A program made the translations under genes and the position numbers. Source: an uncultured Armatimonadetes bacterium (GTDB lineage Bacteria > Armatimonadota > UBA5829 > DTJY01). Taken from it: a stretch of 64,000 bases of DNA. Shown here one piece after another: positions 33,027-43,560 of this stretch. Within the stretch, counting starts at the first letter, position 1, and each line of letters opens with the position of its first letter. The notes below the pieces were generated by a model. The model worked only from the letters and a program-made list of their open reading frames with translations, made no database searches and was not told the DNA's origin. The stretch spans positions 2,688,001 to 2,752,000 of the forward strand of contig OY970325.1 in assembly GCA_963717145.1 (NCBI GenBank), read 5' to 3'.

Positions 33027-33878
33027 TTGAGCACCTTCAGATTAGGGGCACTTTGGATCGCAGTGGCGTGTCTGGCGCTGTCGTGCGCAGGCATGTCAAT
33101 GGCGGATGAACTGGTACGCGGACTAGTCGTCGATAACGGCAGCAAGGCAATCTGGCTGGGGCTGCCTGTTCCTGTGGAAAAGGGGACGGTCTTTAACGTT
33201 TATCTGACGCCTGGAGGCGAGCCACTCGCCCGCGTGACCGTGCTGGAGATCACGCCCGACCCGCCGTTCGTGGCGAAGGCGAGCGTGAAACTCCTGCGGA
33301 AGGATGCTTTCATCCCCGTCGGAGCGTATGTCGAAGTCACGGGGAACGCTATCCCGGCAACCGATAAGCCGGGAGGATACGATGCGGTAGACCTTCACGA
33401 TGAAACCGCTCGGCGGCTGATCTTCCGGGCGGGTGTCCTGTTCCTGACCGGCGGTGACGTGAAGGACGAGACCTCATCGACATGGCCGGCCGTTCAGATC
33501 ACATATCCGATCTGCAGCAAGCCGAATCACGATCTGCAGATCGGCCTGGGATACTGCGGCGGACGCGGAAGTTTTTCGGAGGGCGGACTGGATGGAACTC
33601 GCGATATCCAGGTAGTCCCGCTCACCCTTGATATGAGAATACCGATGTCGTACACGCAGACCGGCAACTGGTTCGCCAGAGCCGGTATCGGCGCGTACCT
33701 CATCCGCGACCGGAGGACGCTCGGAGCGGCCAGTACGTCGGAAGACGTGGTGGCGTTCGGGTGGCAAGCCGGCTTCGGATACATCTCCGCGCGAGGAAAA
33801 TCCGCGGAGATACATTACACGGATGTCTCCAGGACTGATTTCCAAGGATTGGTGTTCAGCCTGGGGACACGGTTCTAA
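33027..33878 (+). CDS. Putative small outer-membrane beta-barrel protein with an N-terminal beta domain
   Basis: Signal peptide; alternating strands VVPLTLDMR, WFARAGIGAY, FGWQAGFGY; C-terminal FSLGTRF ending in Phe (beta-signal-like). Confidence 0.65.
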   Translation: MSTFRLGALWIAVACLALSCAGMSMADELVRGLVVDNGSKAIWLGLPVPVEKGTVFNVYLTPGGEPLARVTVLEITPDPPFVAKASVKLLRKDAFIPVGAYVEVTGNAIPATDKPGGYDAVDLHDETARRLIFRAGVLFLTGGDVKDETSSTWPAVQITYPICSKPNHDLQIGLGYCGGRGSFSEGGLDGTRDIQVVPLTLDMRIPMSYTQTGNWFARAGIGAYLIRDRRTLGAASTSEDVVAFGWQAGFGYISARGKSAEIHYTDVSRTDFQGLVFSLGTRF

Positions 33879-33882
33879 CGAA

Positions 33883-33941
33883 CCGTAGGGGAGGCCTTCA
33901 ACGGCCTCCCGAGGGCGGGCGTAGAAGCACCGCCCCTACGG
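33883..33941. repeat. GTAG-type REP-like element upstream of flp
   Basis: CCGTAGGGGAGGCC...GGCCTCCC...GGGCGG...CCGCCCCTACGG nested inverted repeats. Confidence 0.6.
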
Positions 33942-33977
33942 TTGGATGACAATGAAGGGACAAAGGAGGTGTCACAA

Positions 33978-34145
33978 ATGGTGCAGAGAATCAAAGAGCT
34001 GTTCGTGGACGAGGAGGGGGCTGCCCTGGTTGAGTACGCCCTGCTTCTGGGCCTGATCGCGGTCGTCGCGATCGTAGCGCTTGGGCCGCTCGGCGTGAAG
34101 GTCAAGGACATGTTCGCCAGCGCGGACTCAAAGCTGGTTCCGTAA
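33978..34145 (+). CDS. flp: Flp family type IVc prepilin
   Basis: RBS AAGGAGGT; LFVDEEG|AALVEYALLLGLIAVV, the canonical Flp motif. Confidence 0.95.
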   Translation: MVQRIKELFVDEEGAALVEYALLLGLIAVVAIVALGPLGVKVKDMFASADSKLVP

Positions 34146-34237
34146 CATCAGGGATGGAGGCCTCATGCCTCTGCGGCTTGACATGTTCCTGTGCTCGGCA
34201 CGATCCGCTCGTCATCTCTGAGAGGGAAGAGAGCAGC

Positions 34238-34759
34238 ATGGTTGTTCGGCTGGCGGTGCCTGCTGTGTTGATCGCTCTGATCATAGTAGCGGTCTACACC
34301 GACGTCAGGTACGGTAAGATATACAACAAGCTTACCCTGACCTGCATAGTGTTGGGGATTATTCTGTCCCTGCTGTCAGCCGGATTGCGCGGGGCTGGTG
34401 AGAGCCTTGCGGGAGTCGTATTGGTCTTGCTGCTCTACCTGCTGTTCGCTCCCCTGACGGGGATCGGCGGCGGCGACGTGAAGCTCATGATGGCGGTCGG
34501 AGCACTGACCGGCATCAGGATGACAATCTGGTCACTGCTCTTTTCGGCGGTGGTCGGTGGCGTCCTGGCCGTGATCGTCATGATCCGGCACAGAGTCTTG
34601 GCTGACACGCTTAAGGGCATGTCCACCAGCCTGATCCTGAGACTGTTCTATCAGGCTCCGGTAGAAATGACAGGTGGGTCCCGAGGGTTGAAGCTCCGGT
34701 ACAGTCCGGCGATTGCCCTCGGGACCCTGCTGGCATACTTTCTGAAACGGCAGACTTGA
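34238..34759 (+). CDS. cpaA: A24 prepilin peptidase (TadV/CpaA)
   Basis: YTDVRYGKIYN, GIGGGDVKLM, YSPAIALG; directly follows flp. Confidence 0.9.
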   Translation: MVVRLAVPAVLIALIIVAVYTDVRYGKIYNKLTLTCIVLGIILSLLSAGLRGAGESLAGVVLVLLLYLLFAPLTGIGGGDVKLMMAVGALTGIRMTIWSLLFSAVVGGVLAVIVMIRHRVLADTLKGMSTSLILRLFYQAPVEMTGGSRGLKLRYSPAIALGTLLAYFLKRQT

Positions 34760-34827
34760 GACCGTGGACTGCAGATTGCACTTCGTAGCGAAGGCCGCGG
34801 ACTGCAGTCTGAAATGGGGTCATACAT

Positions 34828-35271
34828 ATGAATACGTGGCGGATGAACAATCGGGGCGTCGCGCTGTTGGAGTTTGTGCTCATAGCCTTACTTCTCATGA
34901 CGCTTGCCATAGGAATCATAGATTTTGGAATACTTGCCAAGGACAAGATGACGCTGGGCAGCGCCGCACGAGACGGCGCGAGAGAAGCCGCCCTGGGTGG
35001 CAATCTCACGTCGGTCACCAATGCGGTTAACGCCGCTGCGCCGAAACCCAATACCACGGACGGCGAAAAGCTCGCGGTTTCGCTGTGGTATCGCAACGCT
35101 ACCCTTGGTGAAGGATGGACTGCTTACAAGGAACCGACGGATATCCCGACGGGAATTACGAACGTGCAGGTCAAGGTCGGAGTAACCTATGCATGCAATC
35201 GCATAGCAGGAACGTTCCTTGGCACCAACCCTATCTCCCTCAGCACGGAAGAGGTTATGCGCCGGGAATAG
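34828..35271 (+). CDS. tadE: TadE-family pseudopilin
   Basis: NRG|VALLEF...GIIDFG...AARDGAR. Confidence 0.9.
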   Translation: MNTWRMNNRGVALLEFVLIALLLMTLAIGIIDFGILAKDKMTLGSAARDGAREAALGGNLTSVTNAVNAAAPKPNTTDGEKLAVSLWYRNATLGEGWTAYKEPTDIPTGITNVQVKVGVTYACNRIAGTFLGTNPISLSTEEVMRRE

Positions 35272-35323
35272 CGCATTCGCGGTGCTGGGGCTTTGATCAT
35301 AGACGCGCACGGAGGTGATTGAA

Positions 35324-36415
35324 GTGCGTAATCATAGAGTGAAAGACCGTGGCTCAGTGCTGATACTCACCGCCGTACTGCTTGTGGTGGTGATCGGCGT
35401 AGCTGCACTGGCGGTGGACTTGGGTTGGCTTCGCCTCGGCGATGCAAGGGCGCAGGACGTCTGCGATGCAGTAGCCCTTGGCACAGCCTGGCTGCTGGAG
35501 CCCACGGAACCGGCAGCGGCCACGGCGCGCATGGCCGAAGCTGCTGATGCCTTGGCCGTCGCCAACAACGAGTCCGACAGGCGCAAGCTTCTGAAGCCGG
35601 GCGTGAATCCGGATACGGAAGGTGTGACCGTCACCAGCGTGCTGGGCAAGTCCGTGACCCTTGAGGCCGAGGTAAAAGTCACATACGGATTTGCCAGGAT
35701 CTTCGGACCCGAGGACAAGTTCAAAGAAGGCCGAGTCAAGGCGTCCTCAACCGCGATACTGGAGAGTAACAAGGGATTTCGATACCGGTTCGTTCCGCTG
35801 GCGATAACAAAGATGCAGTCTCGCAACTACGTGAAGGACCCGGTCACGCAGAACCAGAGACTGAACACACGGTTGTGGGATTCAGTAACAGGTGCGCCTA
35901 TCCCGGCATCCGACAACCCGTATAACCTGTATCCGGTTGAACTTCCCGGTCAGTCGGCTTATGAGGACATGCTCACGGGCGACATTGCTCCGTTCACCTT
36001 GAAGGTCGGCGACCGCGTGACCGAAATACCGACGGACAGGAGCGATGAGACGGTCGACAGTCTCTTGAGCCGCATCTCCGATGACCAGTCGCAATGGACG
36101 ACATGGAAAGCCGCCAACGACGAAGTGAAGTCGGAATCCGGTCGCATCTTGATAATGCCTGTAATATATGATACCCGCGGCTCAAGGGCCTGGGAGATCA
36201 TTGGCTTTGCCGGCTTCTTCGTAGAGAGCGTAAGCCTCTACACAGAGTTGTCAAAGCACTGCGCGGACCTGCGCGGCCATTTCGTCCCGGCAGTCGTCGG
36301 CGGCGCGCAGTCAATACACTGGCTGCTGCCGTACGAAGGGACGAATCCGCTGGCAAGCCCGTTCTGGTCGGACAACGGAAACCTGATGTACCGTGTCCGC
36401 TTGGTACGATCATAG
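35324..36415 (+). CDS. tadG: TadG-like pilus assembly protein
   Basis: DRG|SVLIL...ALAVDLG...AQDVCDAVAL; GGAGGTG RBS before GTG 35324. Confidence 0.8.
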   Translation: MRNHRVKDRGSVLILTAVLLVVVIGVAALAVDLGWLRLGDARAQDVCDAVALGTAWLLEPTEPAAATARMAEAADALAVANNESDRRKLLKPGVNPDTEGVTVTSVLGKSVTLEAEVKVTYGFARIFGPEDKFKEGRVKASSTAILESNKGFRYRFVPLAITKMQSRNYVKDPVTQNQRLNTRLWDSVTGAPIPASDNPYNLYPVELPGQSAYEDMLTGDIAPFTLKVGDRVTEIPTDRSDETVDSLLSRISDDQSQWTTWKAANDEVKSESGRILIMPVIYDTRGSRAWEIIGFAGFFVESVSLYTELSKHCADLRGHFVPAVVGGAQSIHWLLPYEGTNPLASPFWSDNGNLMYRVRLVRS

Positions 36416-36431
36416 TAGGAGAGAGAACAAC

Positions 36432-37337
36432 ATGAACACCAAACCTAGAGAGAGGATCCTGATTCTCGCCATTCTGCTGGGAGTGGCCGCCGCCGTAATG
36501 ATCTGGGCTGTGATGTCCTCGGGGAAGCAGAGCCCGGCTGACACGCAGACCCCCGTCGTGGTCGCCGCGGGCAACATCCCCAGCGGGATGATTGTCACCG
36601 GAATGGATCTAGGCATCCGCAACTTCAATAAAGAGGAAGTACCACCTGGCGCGGCGTCGAGTGAGGCGCTGGTCATCGGCAAGGTCACCAAGACCGACAT
36701 ACGCGCCGGACAGCCGGTACTCGTCGGCAGCCTGAGAACATCGGGTGAACAACTGACCGACTTGGTTCCCCGGTTCATGCGCGCCGTCACCGTGGGACTC
36801 GACCCGGTGAGCGGAGTCGCCGGCTTCCTCAAGCCCGGAAACCGTGTGGACGTGGTTGCGACGTTTGATATGAACAACACGTCGTACGCAAAGACCGTGC
36901 TGCAGAATGTCCTTCTGATTGCCATCAACTCCGAGGCCATCGCGGGGGGCGACAACGTGGCTACGGACAAGACCACAGCCAGAGCAGAGCCCACGGCGAC
37001 ACTCGCCGTCAGCCCGAGCGACGCCGAGAAGCTGGTTCTCGCCGACGCGAAGGGTAAACTCAGACTCACTCTGAGGTCCTCCGATGATAAGTCGATCGCC
37101 GCGAGGAGGCCGATCGGCACGCAGGTGGCACTGGGGGTTGCTCAGCAGAACCCGGCGACGGCGAAACCCGCCCCTGCCCCACTCCAGACGTTCAGGGCGC
37201 CGGTGATGGACCCGCTGCCCGTGTTTCCATCGCAGTTCAGTTCCAATTCCACAGGGGACACCAGCCGCGGTAACCCTGGGAAAACCATCGTGATGGTGAA
37301 GGGTTCGACTCTCTCGGAGACCCAGGTTTCCGAGTAG
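36432..37337 (+). CDS. cpaB: Flp pilus assembly protein CpaB/RcpC (SAF domain)
   Basis: VVVAAGNIPSG, MRAVTV, GVAGFLKPGNRVDV, VLQNV. Confidence 0.92.
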   Translation: MNTKPRERILILAILLGVAAAVMIWAVMSSGKQSPADTQTPVVVAAGNIPSGMIVTGMDLGIRNFNKEEVPPGAASSEALVIGKVTKTDIRAGQPVLVGSLRTSGEQLTDLVPRFMRAVTVGLDPVSGVAGFLKPGNRVDVVATFDMNNTSYAKTVLQNVLLIAINSEAIAGGDNVATDKTTARAEPTATLAVSPSDAEKLVLADAKGKLRLTLRSSDDKSIAARRPIGTQVALGVAQQNPATAKPAPAPLQTFRAPVMDPLPVFPSQFSSNSTGDTSRGNPGKTIVMVKGSTLSETQVSE

Positions 37338-37421
37338 TCGCCGCACGACACGATGAACCTTAGCAAAGGAGGCCGGGGGTCCAGGGTGCGTTCTTCCCTG
37401 CAGTTGTCAGACCCGTACAAC

Positions 37422-39092
37422 ATGAAAACTAGATACGCCACCTTCATCATCGTCTTACTGACGCTGTTCGTGACGATTCTGCCGCTTTTCGCCGCAGTTG
37501 ATCCATCTATCCCGGAGATAGTGCTTCAGATAGGTGACAGCGAGATCATCGAATGCCAGGACGCCACGCGCACGGCGATCGGGGATCCGCTCGTCGCCGA
37601 TGTCGTCGCGCTCTCCACCAGCGAGATCCTTCTCAACGCCAAGTCGCCGGGCAAGACGGTCCTCTACATCTGGGACAAGGCCGGACGACGGCTCTATAGA
37701 GTCACGGTCAAACCGAGAGAACTCGACCTGGTCGGGATCTGCAACCGAATTACCGATGAGCTGAACGACCCGCGGATCACCGTGCGGGGAGTCGGAAGCA
37801 CGATCCTCCTCGAAGGCATTGTGTCTCGGGAAGCCGAATCGAGCAGAGCCCAGGCCATTGCCCAGGCGGTGGTCGAGACGATGGTCTTCCAGGGCACGAC
37901 CGCCGGCTCCACAACTCAGGAGAATAAGACCGTCGGACGGCCTGAGGGCGATTCGTTTGTCCTGGAGAAGGTCGTGACCGACAAGGGAACAACTTTGACC
38001 GCCGAGACGGGCCTGCGAATCCCGAGAGTCGTGAACCTTATCCAGGTCGAGAAGACCATCGACGAGGTGACCGTCCTCACGATGGCGACCGCGGCGTCTC
38101 TTCGCCAGGCTCTCAACGATCCTGCTCTGACTGTTCGCGCTCTCCCCGGAAGCGTGGTGCTCATCGAGGGCAATGTCGGCACGCCGGCAGAGATCGCGCG
38201 GATCGATCTCCTGGGCAAGGGCTACGACAAGGAACTGGGAGATACCGGCAAGGGCATGAACGACATGAGCAATGCGACCAAGGAAACCGTGACCATCGTC
38301 AACATGGTGAAGCTGAACAGCTCGGTCGCCAGGCAGATCATGGTGCGCGCCCAGGTCGTCGATATCAACAAGGACGCCGCGAAGGACTTCGGCATTGACT
38401 GGGGACGCGTGCAGTTCGAGACGAGCGACATACCCGGCGTTGCCGCATCGGCGACCGTCCAGGACCAACCTTGGTTGATCGGGCAGTCGAACTTCGGGCC
38501 TATGGACCTGTTCGGCGGCGGCGCGATCAGGCGTTTCGACCCGATCGGCGCCCGGATCAGGGCTTTGCAGACACAGAACAAGGCCAAGGTGCTCTCTGAG
38601 CCGAACCTCCTCGTGCTCGATGGGCGGGAGGCCAGCATGCTGGTCGGCGGAGAGATCCCGATCCCGATCGCCCAATCCGGAACGACCGGCGCGGCAGCCG
38701 CGATAACTGTCGAATACAAAGAATTCGGCGTGCGACTGAAGATCCTGCCGGAGATAACGAGCGACAACACCCTTCAGATCAAGGTGATGCCCGAGGTAAG
38801 CTCGCTCGACTTCGCCAACGCGGTCACGGTCAACGGATTCCAGATACCGGCGCTCCGAACGCGAAGGGCCGAAACAACCGTTAACATCAAGGACGGACAA
38901 TCGCTGATTATCGGCGGGCTTCTGTCGAATGACACCGCCAAGCTGGTCAAGAAGATCCCGCTACTGGGCGACCTCCCGATCATCGGCGAACTCTTCACAT
39001 CGCGCTCGTTCCTGAACAGCGAGTCGGAGCTTGTCATCATCATAACCCCACAAATCTTGCGACCAACGGCTCAGGCCGAAGCGGAGGGGTAA
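37422..39092 (+). CDS. cpaC: Tad secretin RcpA/CpaC with BON-like domains
   Basis: AIGDPLVADV, KVLSEPNL, GGEIPIP, EYKEFGVRL, KIPLLGDLPIIGELF, ELVIIITP. Start is uncertain (37353-37422). Confidence 0.92.
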   Translation: MKTRYATFIIVLLTLFVTILPLFAAVDPSIPEIVLQIGDSEIIECQDATRTAIGDPLVADVVALSTSEILLNAKSPGKTVLYIWDKAGRRLYRVTVKPRELDLVGICNRITDELNDPRITVRGVGSTILLEGIVSREAESSRAQAIAQAVVETMVFQGTTAGSTTQENKTVGRPEGDSFVLEKVVTDKGTTLTAETGLRIPRVVNLIQVEKTIDEVTVLTMATAASLRQALNDPALTVRALPGSVVLIEGNVGTPAEIARIDLLGKGYDKELGDTGKGMNDMSNATKETVTIVNMVKLNSSVARQIMVRAQVVDINKDAAKDFGIDWGRVQFETSDIPGVAASATVQDQPWLIGQSNFGPMDLFGGGAIRRFDPIGARIRALQTQNKAKVLSEPNLLVLDGREASMLVGGEIPIPIAQSGTTGAAAAITVEYKEFGVRLKILPEITSDNTLQIKVMPEVSSLDFANAVTVNGFQIPALRTRRAETTVNIKDGQSLIIGGLLSNDTAKLVKKIPLLGDLPIIGELFTSRSFLNSESELVIIITPQILRPTAQAEAEG

Positions 39093-39097
39093 ATGAT

Positions 39098-40312
39098 ATG
39101 TCTTTAAGAGTAATGATAGTGGAATACGACTCGGCGCTTCGAGACGAGCTTGCTCAGATCGTTGCGTCCGACGCCGACTTCGAGATTGTAGGACTCGCAA
39201 AGGACGGCCAGGAAGCGGTTCAGTTGGCAGTGATGCGGCTGCCGCATGTGGCGATCATCTCAAACGACGTCAGGGGGATACCCCCGCTGCAGACGTGCGA
39301 GATGCTCAATGCAGTGGCCCCTGCCGTCATGCCGGTCCTGCTCACGGATACGAGGTCGGCGGAGAACGTGGAGGCCGCGATGCGTTCCGGCGCGCGCGCC
39401 GTCATCTCGACTCCGGTCAACCCCCAGGAACTGCTCCCTCTGATCGCGGCGCTCGCGGAGATCAGCAAGCGTCGGGACTCGGAGGAGGTCCGCACTTTCC
39501 GTGATCCGGCGACGTTCCCGCGGGTCATCGCAGTCACCGGGGCAAAGGGCGGAGTCGGCAAGAGTACGATCGCCGTGAACCTGGCGGTTATACTCGCGCG
39601 GTATGCACCGGCCAAGGTAGCCCTCGTCGACTGCTACACCCAGTTCGGCGACGTTGCCACGATGTTCAACATTCGTCCGAACCGGACCCTGTCCGAGTTG
39701 GACGCAGTATCCAAGGACCTGGACGTCACCATGATCCAGGACTACATCACCCGGCATCCATGCGGCGTCGACATTCTCGTGTCATCGTTGGAGCCCCTAC
39801 CCCTGGACGCCATGTCGGCGGAGTGCATCGAGAACCTGCTGTACGTGCTCAAGCGCATGTACCGCTACATTGTGGTCGATGTGCCGCCGATCCTTCACGG
39901 ACCGACGCTGCGCCTGCTATCTCATGCAGACACGATACTTCTGATCGCCAACCTGTTCGACCTGACGACGGCGACGGACACCAAGCGCTTCTTCACGGCC
40001 GTCAATGACACGAGAATACCGAGGGAGAACATAGGCGTCGTATTGAACCGGGTCTCCAAGTCGAACGAGATACATACCAAGGACATGGAGAGCCTGTTCG
40101 AGTGTGGCATCCTCGCGAGCATACCGAATGACAGCAAGCTCGTATCGGCGGTCAACCAGGGAGTGCCGATCACCGTTTCGGACGGCGATTCTCCCTTTGG
40201 ACGCAGTATGGGTGAGCTTGCCTCGAAGGTATCGGGAATAGCCGGAATCTCAACAGACCGCAAGATGGCTTCTGTTGGCAGGAAAAAGGGTCGAATGTTG
40301 TTCGGAGGGTAA
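39098..40312 (+). CDS. cpaE: TadZ/CpaE: receiver-like domain + MinD-type ATPase
   Basis: N-terminal REC-like domain; GAKGGVGKST deviant Walker A; QFGDVA. Confidence 0.92.
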   Translation: MSLRVMIVEYDSALRDELAQIVASDADFEIVGLAKDGQEAVQLAVMRLPHVAIISNDVRGIPPLQTCEMLNAVAPAVMPVLLTDTRSAENVEAAMRSGARAVISTPVNPQELLPLIAALAEISKRRDSEEVRTFRDPATFPRVIAVTGAKGGVGKSTIAVNLAVILARYAPAKVALVDCYTQFGDVATMFNIRPNRTLSELDAVSKDLDVTMIQDYITRHPCGVDILVSSLEPLPLDAMSAECIENLLYVLKRMYRYIVVDVPPILHGPTLRLLSHADTILLIANLFDLTTATDTKRFFTAVNDTRIPRENIGVVLNRVSKSNEIHTKDMESLFECGILASIPNDSKLVSAVNQGVPITVSDGDSPFGRSMGELASKVSGIAGISTDRKMASVGRKKGRMLFGG

Positions 40313-40318
40313 GCTGCC

Positions 40319-41665
40319 ATGGGACTTCTCGATGTACGGAAAGCCGAAGTAGATACGGATATCGATCAGGGAGAGGGTCGAGGCCGGCTGGGCGTTCGCA
40401 ACCTGATGCTTCTCAAGGCACAGGTCCATCAGAGGTTGATGGAAGATATCGACCCCGCCGAACTCAGCAAGATCAATCGGCACGCGATGGCCCATGAGGT
40501 GCACCGCGTGATGTCCGCGACCGTGACGGAGAGCGGGATCTCCTTGCCTCTCAAGGTTCGCGAGCAGGTCGTCAGCGATGTCATCGACGAGATCCTCGGA
40601 TACGGGCCGATCCAGCCACTCCTCGAAGACCCAAGCGTCACCGAGATCATGGTCAACGGTCCAAGCCAGGTCTATGCCGAGCGAAACGGCAAGATATTCC
40701 TGACCGACCGAGTGTTCCGCGATGAATCCCACGTGATGCGCATCATCGAGAAGATCGTGATGCCGCTGGGCCGCCGGATAGATGAAAGCTCCCCCATGGT
40801 AGACGCACGACTGCCGGATGGGTCACGCGTGAATGCGATCATCTCCCCACTGGCGGTCAAAGGCCCGACACTTACTGTTCGGAAGTTCGCCCGCGAGCCG
40901 TACTTGATGGAGGACCTCGTCAGTTTCGGAACACTGACCCAGCAGATGGCCGACTTCCTCAGCGCCTGCGTGTCGGCGAGGCTCAACATAGTCGTGTCCG
41001 GTGGGACGGGTAGCGGGAAGACCACCACCCTGAACGTCCTGTCGTCTTTCGTACCAAACGATGAGCGCGTAATCACCATCGAAGATGCCGCCGAACTGCG
41101 GCTCCAACAGGAACACGTCGTCAGCCTGGAAAGCAGACCGGCCAACATCGAGGGAAAGGGCGAGGTTCCGATTCGGATGCTCGTGAGAAACGCGCTTCGA
41201 ATGCGCCCGGATCGGATCATCGTCGGTGAGGTGCGCGGCGGAGAGACTCTGGACATGCTTCAGGCGATGAACACGGGTCACGATGGCTCGCTCAGCACGG
41301 CGCATACAAACAGTCCCCGCGACACACTATCCAGGCTCGAGACGATGGCGCTGATGGCAGGGACGGAACTCCCATCGAGAGCAATCCGCGAGCAGATAGC
41401 GTCGGCCATCGACCTGATAATACATCAGAACCGCCTCCGGGACGGCAGCCGCAAGATCACCCATATCACCGAAGTCCAGGGTATGGAAGGCGAAGTCATC
41501 GTTCTGCAGGACGTCTATCTGTTCGAACAGACAAATGTGGACGTGCAGGGCAAGGTCATCGGCGAGCACAAGCCGACAGGCTTGCGACCGAAGTTCATGG
41601 ACCGGCTACTGCAGCAGGGCGTGGAGCTTCCATCGAACATATTCTACACGAGGTCCACCCTATGA
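40319..41665 (+). CDS. cpaF: TadA/CpaF pilus assembly ATPase
   Basis: GGTGSGKTT, TIEDAAEL, LRMRPDRIIVGEVRG, MNTGHDG. Confidence 0.96.
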   Translation: MGLLDVRKAEVDTDIDQGEGRGRLGVRNLMLLKAQVHQRLMEDIDPAELSKINRHAMAHEVHRVMSATVTESGISLPLKVREQVVSDVIDEILGYGPIQPLLEDPSVTEIMVNGPSQVYAERNGKIFLTDRVFRDESHVMRIIEKIVMPLGRRIDESSPMVDARLPDGSRVNAIISPLAVKGPTLTVRKFAREPYLMEDLVSFGTLTQQMADFLSACVSARLNIVVSGGTGSGKTTTLNVLSSFVPNDERVITIEDAAELRLQQEHVVSLESRPANIEGKGEVPIRMLVRNALRMRPDRIIVGEVRGGETLDMLQAMNTGHDGSLSTAHTNSPRDTLSRLETMALMAGTELPSRAIREQIASAIDLIIHQNRLRDGSRKITHITEVQGMEGEVIVLQDVYLFEQTNVDVQGKVIGEHKPTGLRPKFMDRLLQQGVELPSNIFYTRSTL

Positions 41666-42618
41666 ACCCGACACTGACCCTGGTGGCTTGCCTGGCCGCG
41701 TTCAGCGTCATACTGCTCATCGGCCTTCTGGTCGCAGGGAAGCCGAAGAACATTGGCGCGCGGCTGAAGGAGCTTACCTCAACCGATATAACCGCAACTG
41801 TTCCATCGGCCCATATCTCGGGCCGGAGAGAAGACGCCATTCCACTGCTGACCAGGCTTCTCACCGGCAGGCGTGTGACCGAGCGCCTGTATGTAGAGCT
41901 ATCAGCGGCCGGCCTGCCGATACGCCCGAGCGAATTCGTCGGCATTCTGGGCGGATCGGTGATTCTCTCCCAGATGCTCGCACTGGCAGTCGTGCACAAC
42001 ATTTACGGTCACCTGCTCCTCGGGGTCATCGGCGTCGTGCTGCCGACGATGATAGTCAAGTCCTTGCAGACGAGACGGCGCGCGGCATTCGATGCCCAGA
42101 TAGTGGACACGCTGACCACCATGTCGTCGTCGTTCAGAGCCGGCTTCAGCCTCCTGAGAGCGATGCAGATGGTGTCGCAGGAGATGCCCCCTCCAATATC
42201 GAAGGAGTTCGAGCGCATCGTCAACGAGGTCGGAGTCGGTCGGCCGCTGGAAGAGGCTCTTCGAGCATCAGTGGCCAGAGTCGGCAGCTACGACTTCGAC
42301 CTGGTGGTGACCGCGATATTGATCCAGCTTCAGGTGGGCGGCAATATCGCGGAGATACTCGAGACCATTGCCAGTACCATCAGAGAACGCACGAAGATCA
42401 CGGGCGAGATGAGGGCACTAACCGCAGAGGGACGAATCTCGGGTCTGGTTCTCGTGATACTGCCCATCGCCCTGGCATTGATACTCTGCTGGATGCGGCC
42501 GGAGTATATGTCTACACTCCTTACCGACCCGGTCGGCCCACACTTGATTGGCACTGCGGCCATTCTGCAGGTGATCGGCGTGATCATCATGAGAAGACTG
42601 CTGACGCTGGAGATATGA
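41662..42618 (+). CDS. tadB: TadB inner-membrane platform protein
   Basis: T2SSF-like; QLQVGGNIAEIL, MRALTAEGRISG; ATGA overlap with tadA. Confidence 0.92.
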   Translation: MNPTLTLVACLAAFSVILLIGLLVAGKPKNIGARLKELTSTDITATVPSAHISGRREDAIPLLTRLLTGRRVTERLYVELSAAGLPIRPSEFVGILGGSVILSQMLALAVVHNIYGHLLLGVIGVVLPTMIVKSLQTRRRAAFDAQIVDTLTTMSSSFRAGFSLLRAMQMVSQEMPPPISKEFERIVNEVGVGRPLEEALRASVARVGSYDFDLVVTAILIQLQVGGNIAEILETIASTIRERTKITGEMRALTAEGRISGLVLVILPIALALILCWMRPEYMSTLLTDPVGPHLIGTAAILQVIGVIIMRRLLTLEI

Positions 42619-42631
42619 GCAGGAGAGAAGC

Positions 42632-43560
42632 ATGTTGATACCGCTGATAGCCGTTTGCACATTCGCATGTATCGCTCTGCTGGTGATCGGGCTCTCCACG
42701 AGGTCAGAGCGCAGTGTCATCAGAGAGAGAATGTTCGCACAACCGAGGCCGAGCGAAGGCACGCTGAACTCCGTTGAGATCGAGATGGCGGTGCCCTTCA
42801 CGGAACGAATCGCCCTGCCGTTCCTGCGTCGGTTCGCCGGATTCGCCACGCGATTCACCCCAGGCGGCGCCGCACAGGTCGTTGAGGAGAAGCTGGAGAC
42901 TGCGGGGCGCCATGGAACATGGGGTTCCGGGAGTTCATGGGGCTCCGAGTCCTGTCAGTATTCGTGGCGACGCTGGGAGGCATTGCTGCCATCAACGTCT
43001 TCGATCTAGCCCCTATGCTCAGAGCGGTCGGCCTCATCGTGATCGTTTTCTGCGGGATCGGCCTGCCCGACTACGTTCTCGACAGCACCATTCGAAAACG
43101 CCAGTCGGGCGTGCGCAAGGTACTGGCTGATACGCTCGATCTCATGACCGTCTGCGTGGAAGCCGGGCTAGGCCTCGACGGAGCGATGCAAAAAGTGGTC
43201 GAGAAGCTCGATTCGCCGTTCTCCAGGGAGATATCGAGGTCCCTCCAGGAAATGCGTCTTGGCAAGATGCGTTCAGACGCCCTGAAGGACATGGCCAAAA
43301 GGATCCGGATATCGGAAGTCTCCTCATTCGTCGCCGCCCTCTGCCAGGCAGACCAGCTCGGCGTGAGCATATCGAGGGTGCTGCGAGTTCAATGTGACAC
43401 CCTCAGGAACGTTCGCAGTCAGAGAGCCCGCGAGGCTGCGGCCAAACTGCCGGTGAAGCTCCTCATCCCGCTCGTGTTCTTCATCTTCCCAGCGATCTTC
43501 GTAGTGGTAATCGCCCCCGGCGGGATACAGATCGCCAGGTCCCTCGGAATGTTCAAGTGA
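42632..43560 (+). CDS. tadC: TadC inner-membrane platform protein (one apparent -1 frameshift at ~42910)
   Basis: ORFs 42632-43009 and 42919-43560 join by restoring a C (TAGR|PWNMGF); LDLMTVCVEAGLGLD, QADQLGVSI, KLPVKLLIPL. Confidence 0.9.

Noticed and set aside
42632-43560. tadC as a true pseudogene or phase-variable gene
   Set aside because: A single missing C in a short run, the same error type as elsewhere in the window, and the rest of the operon is intact.
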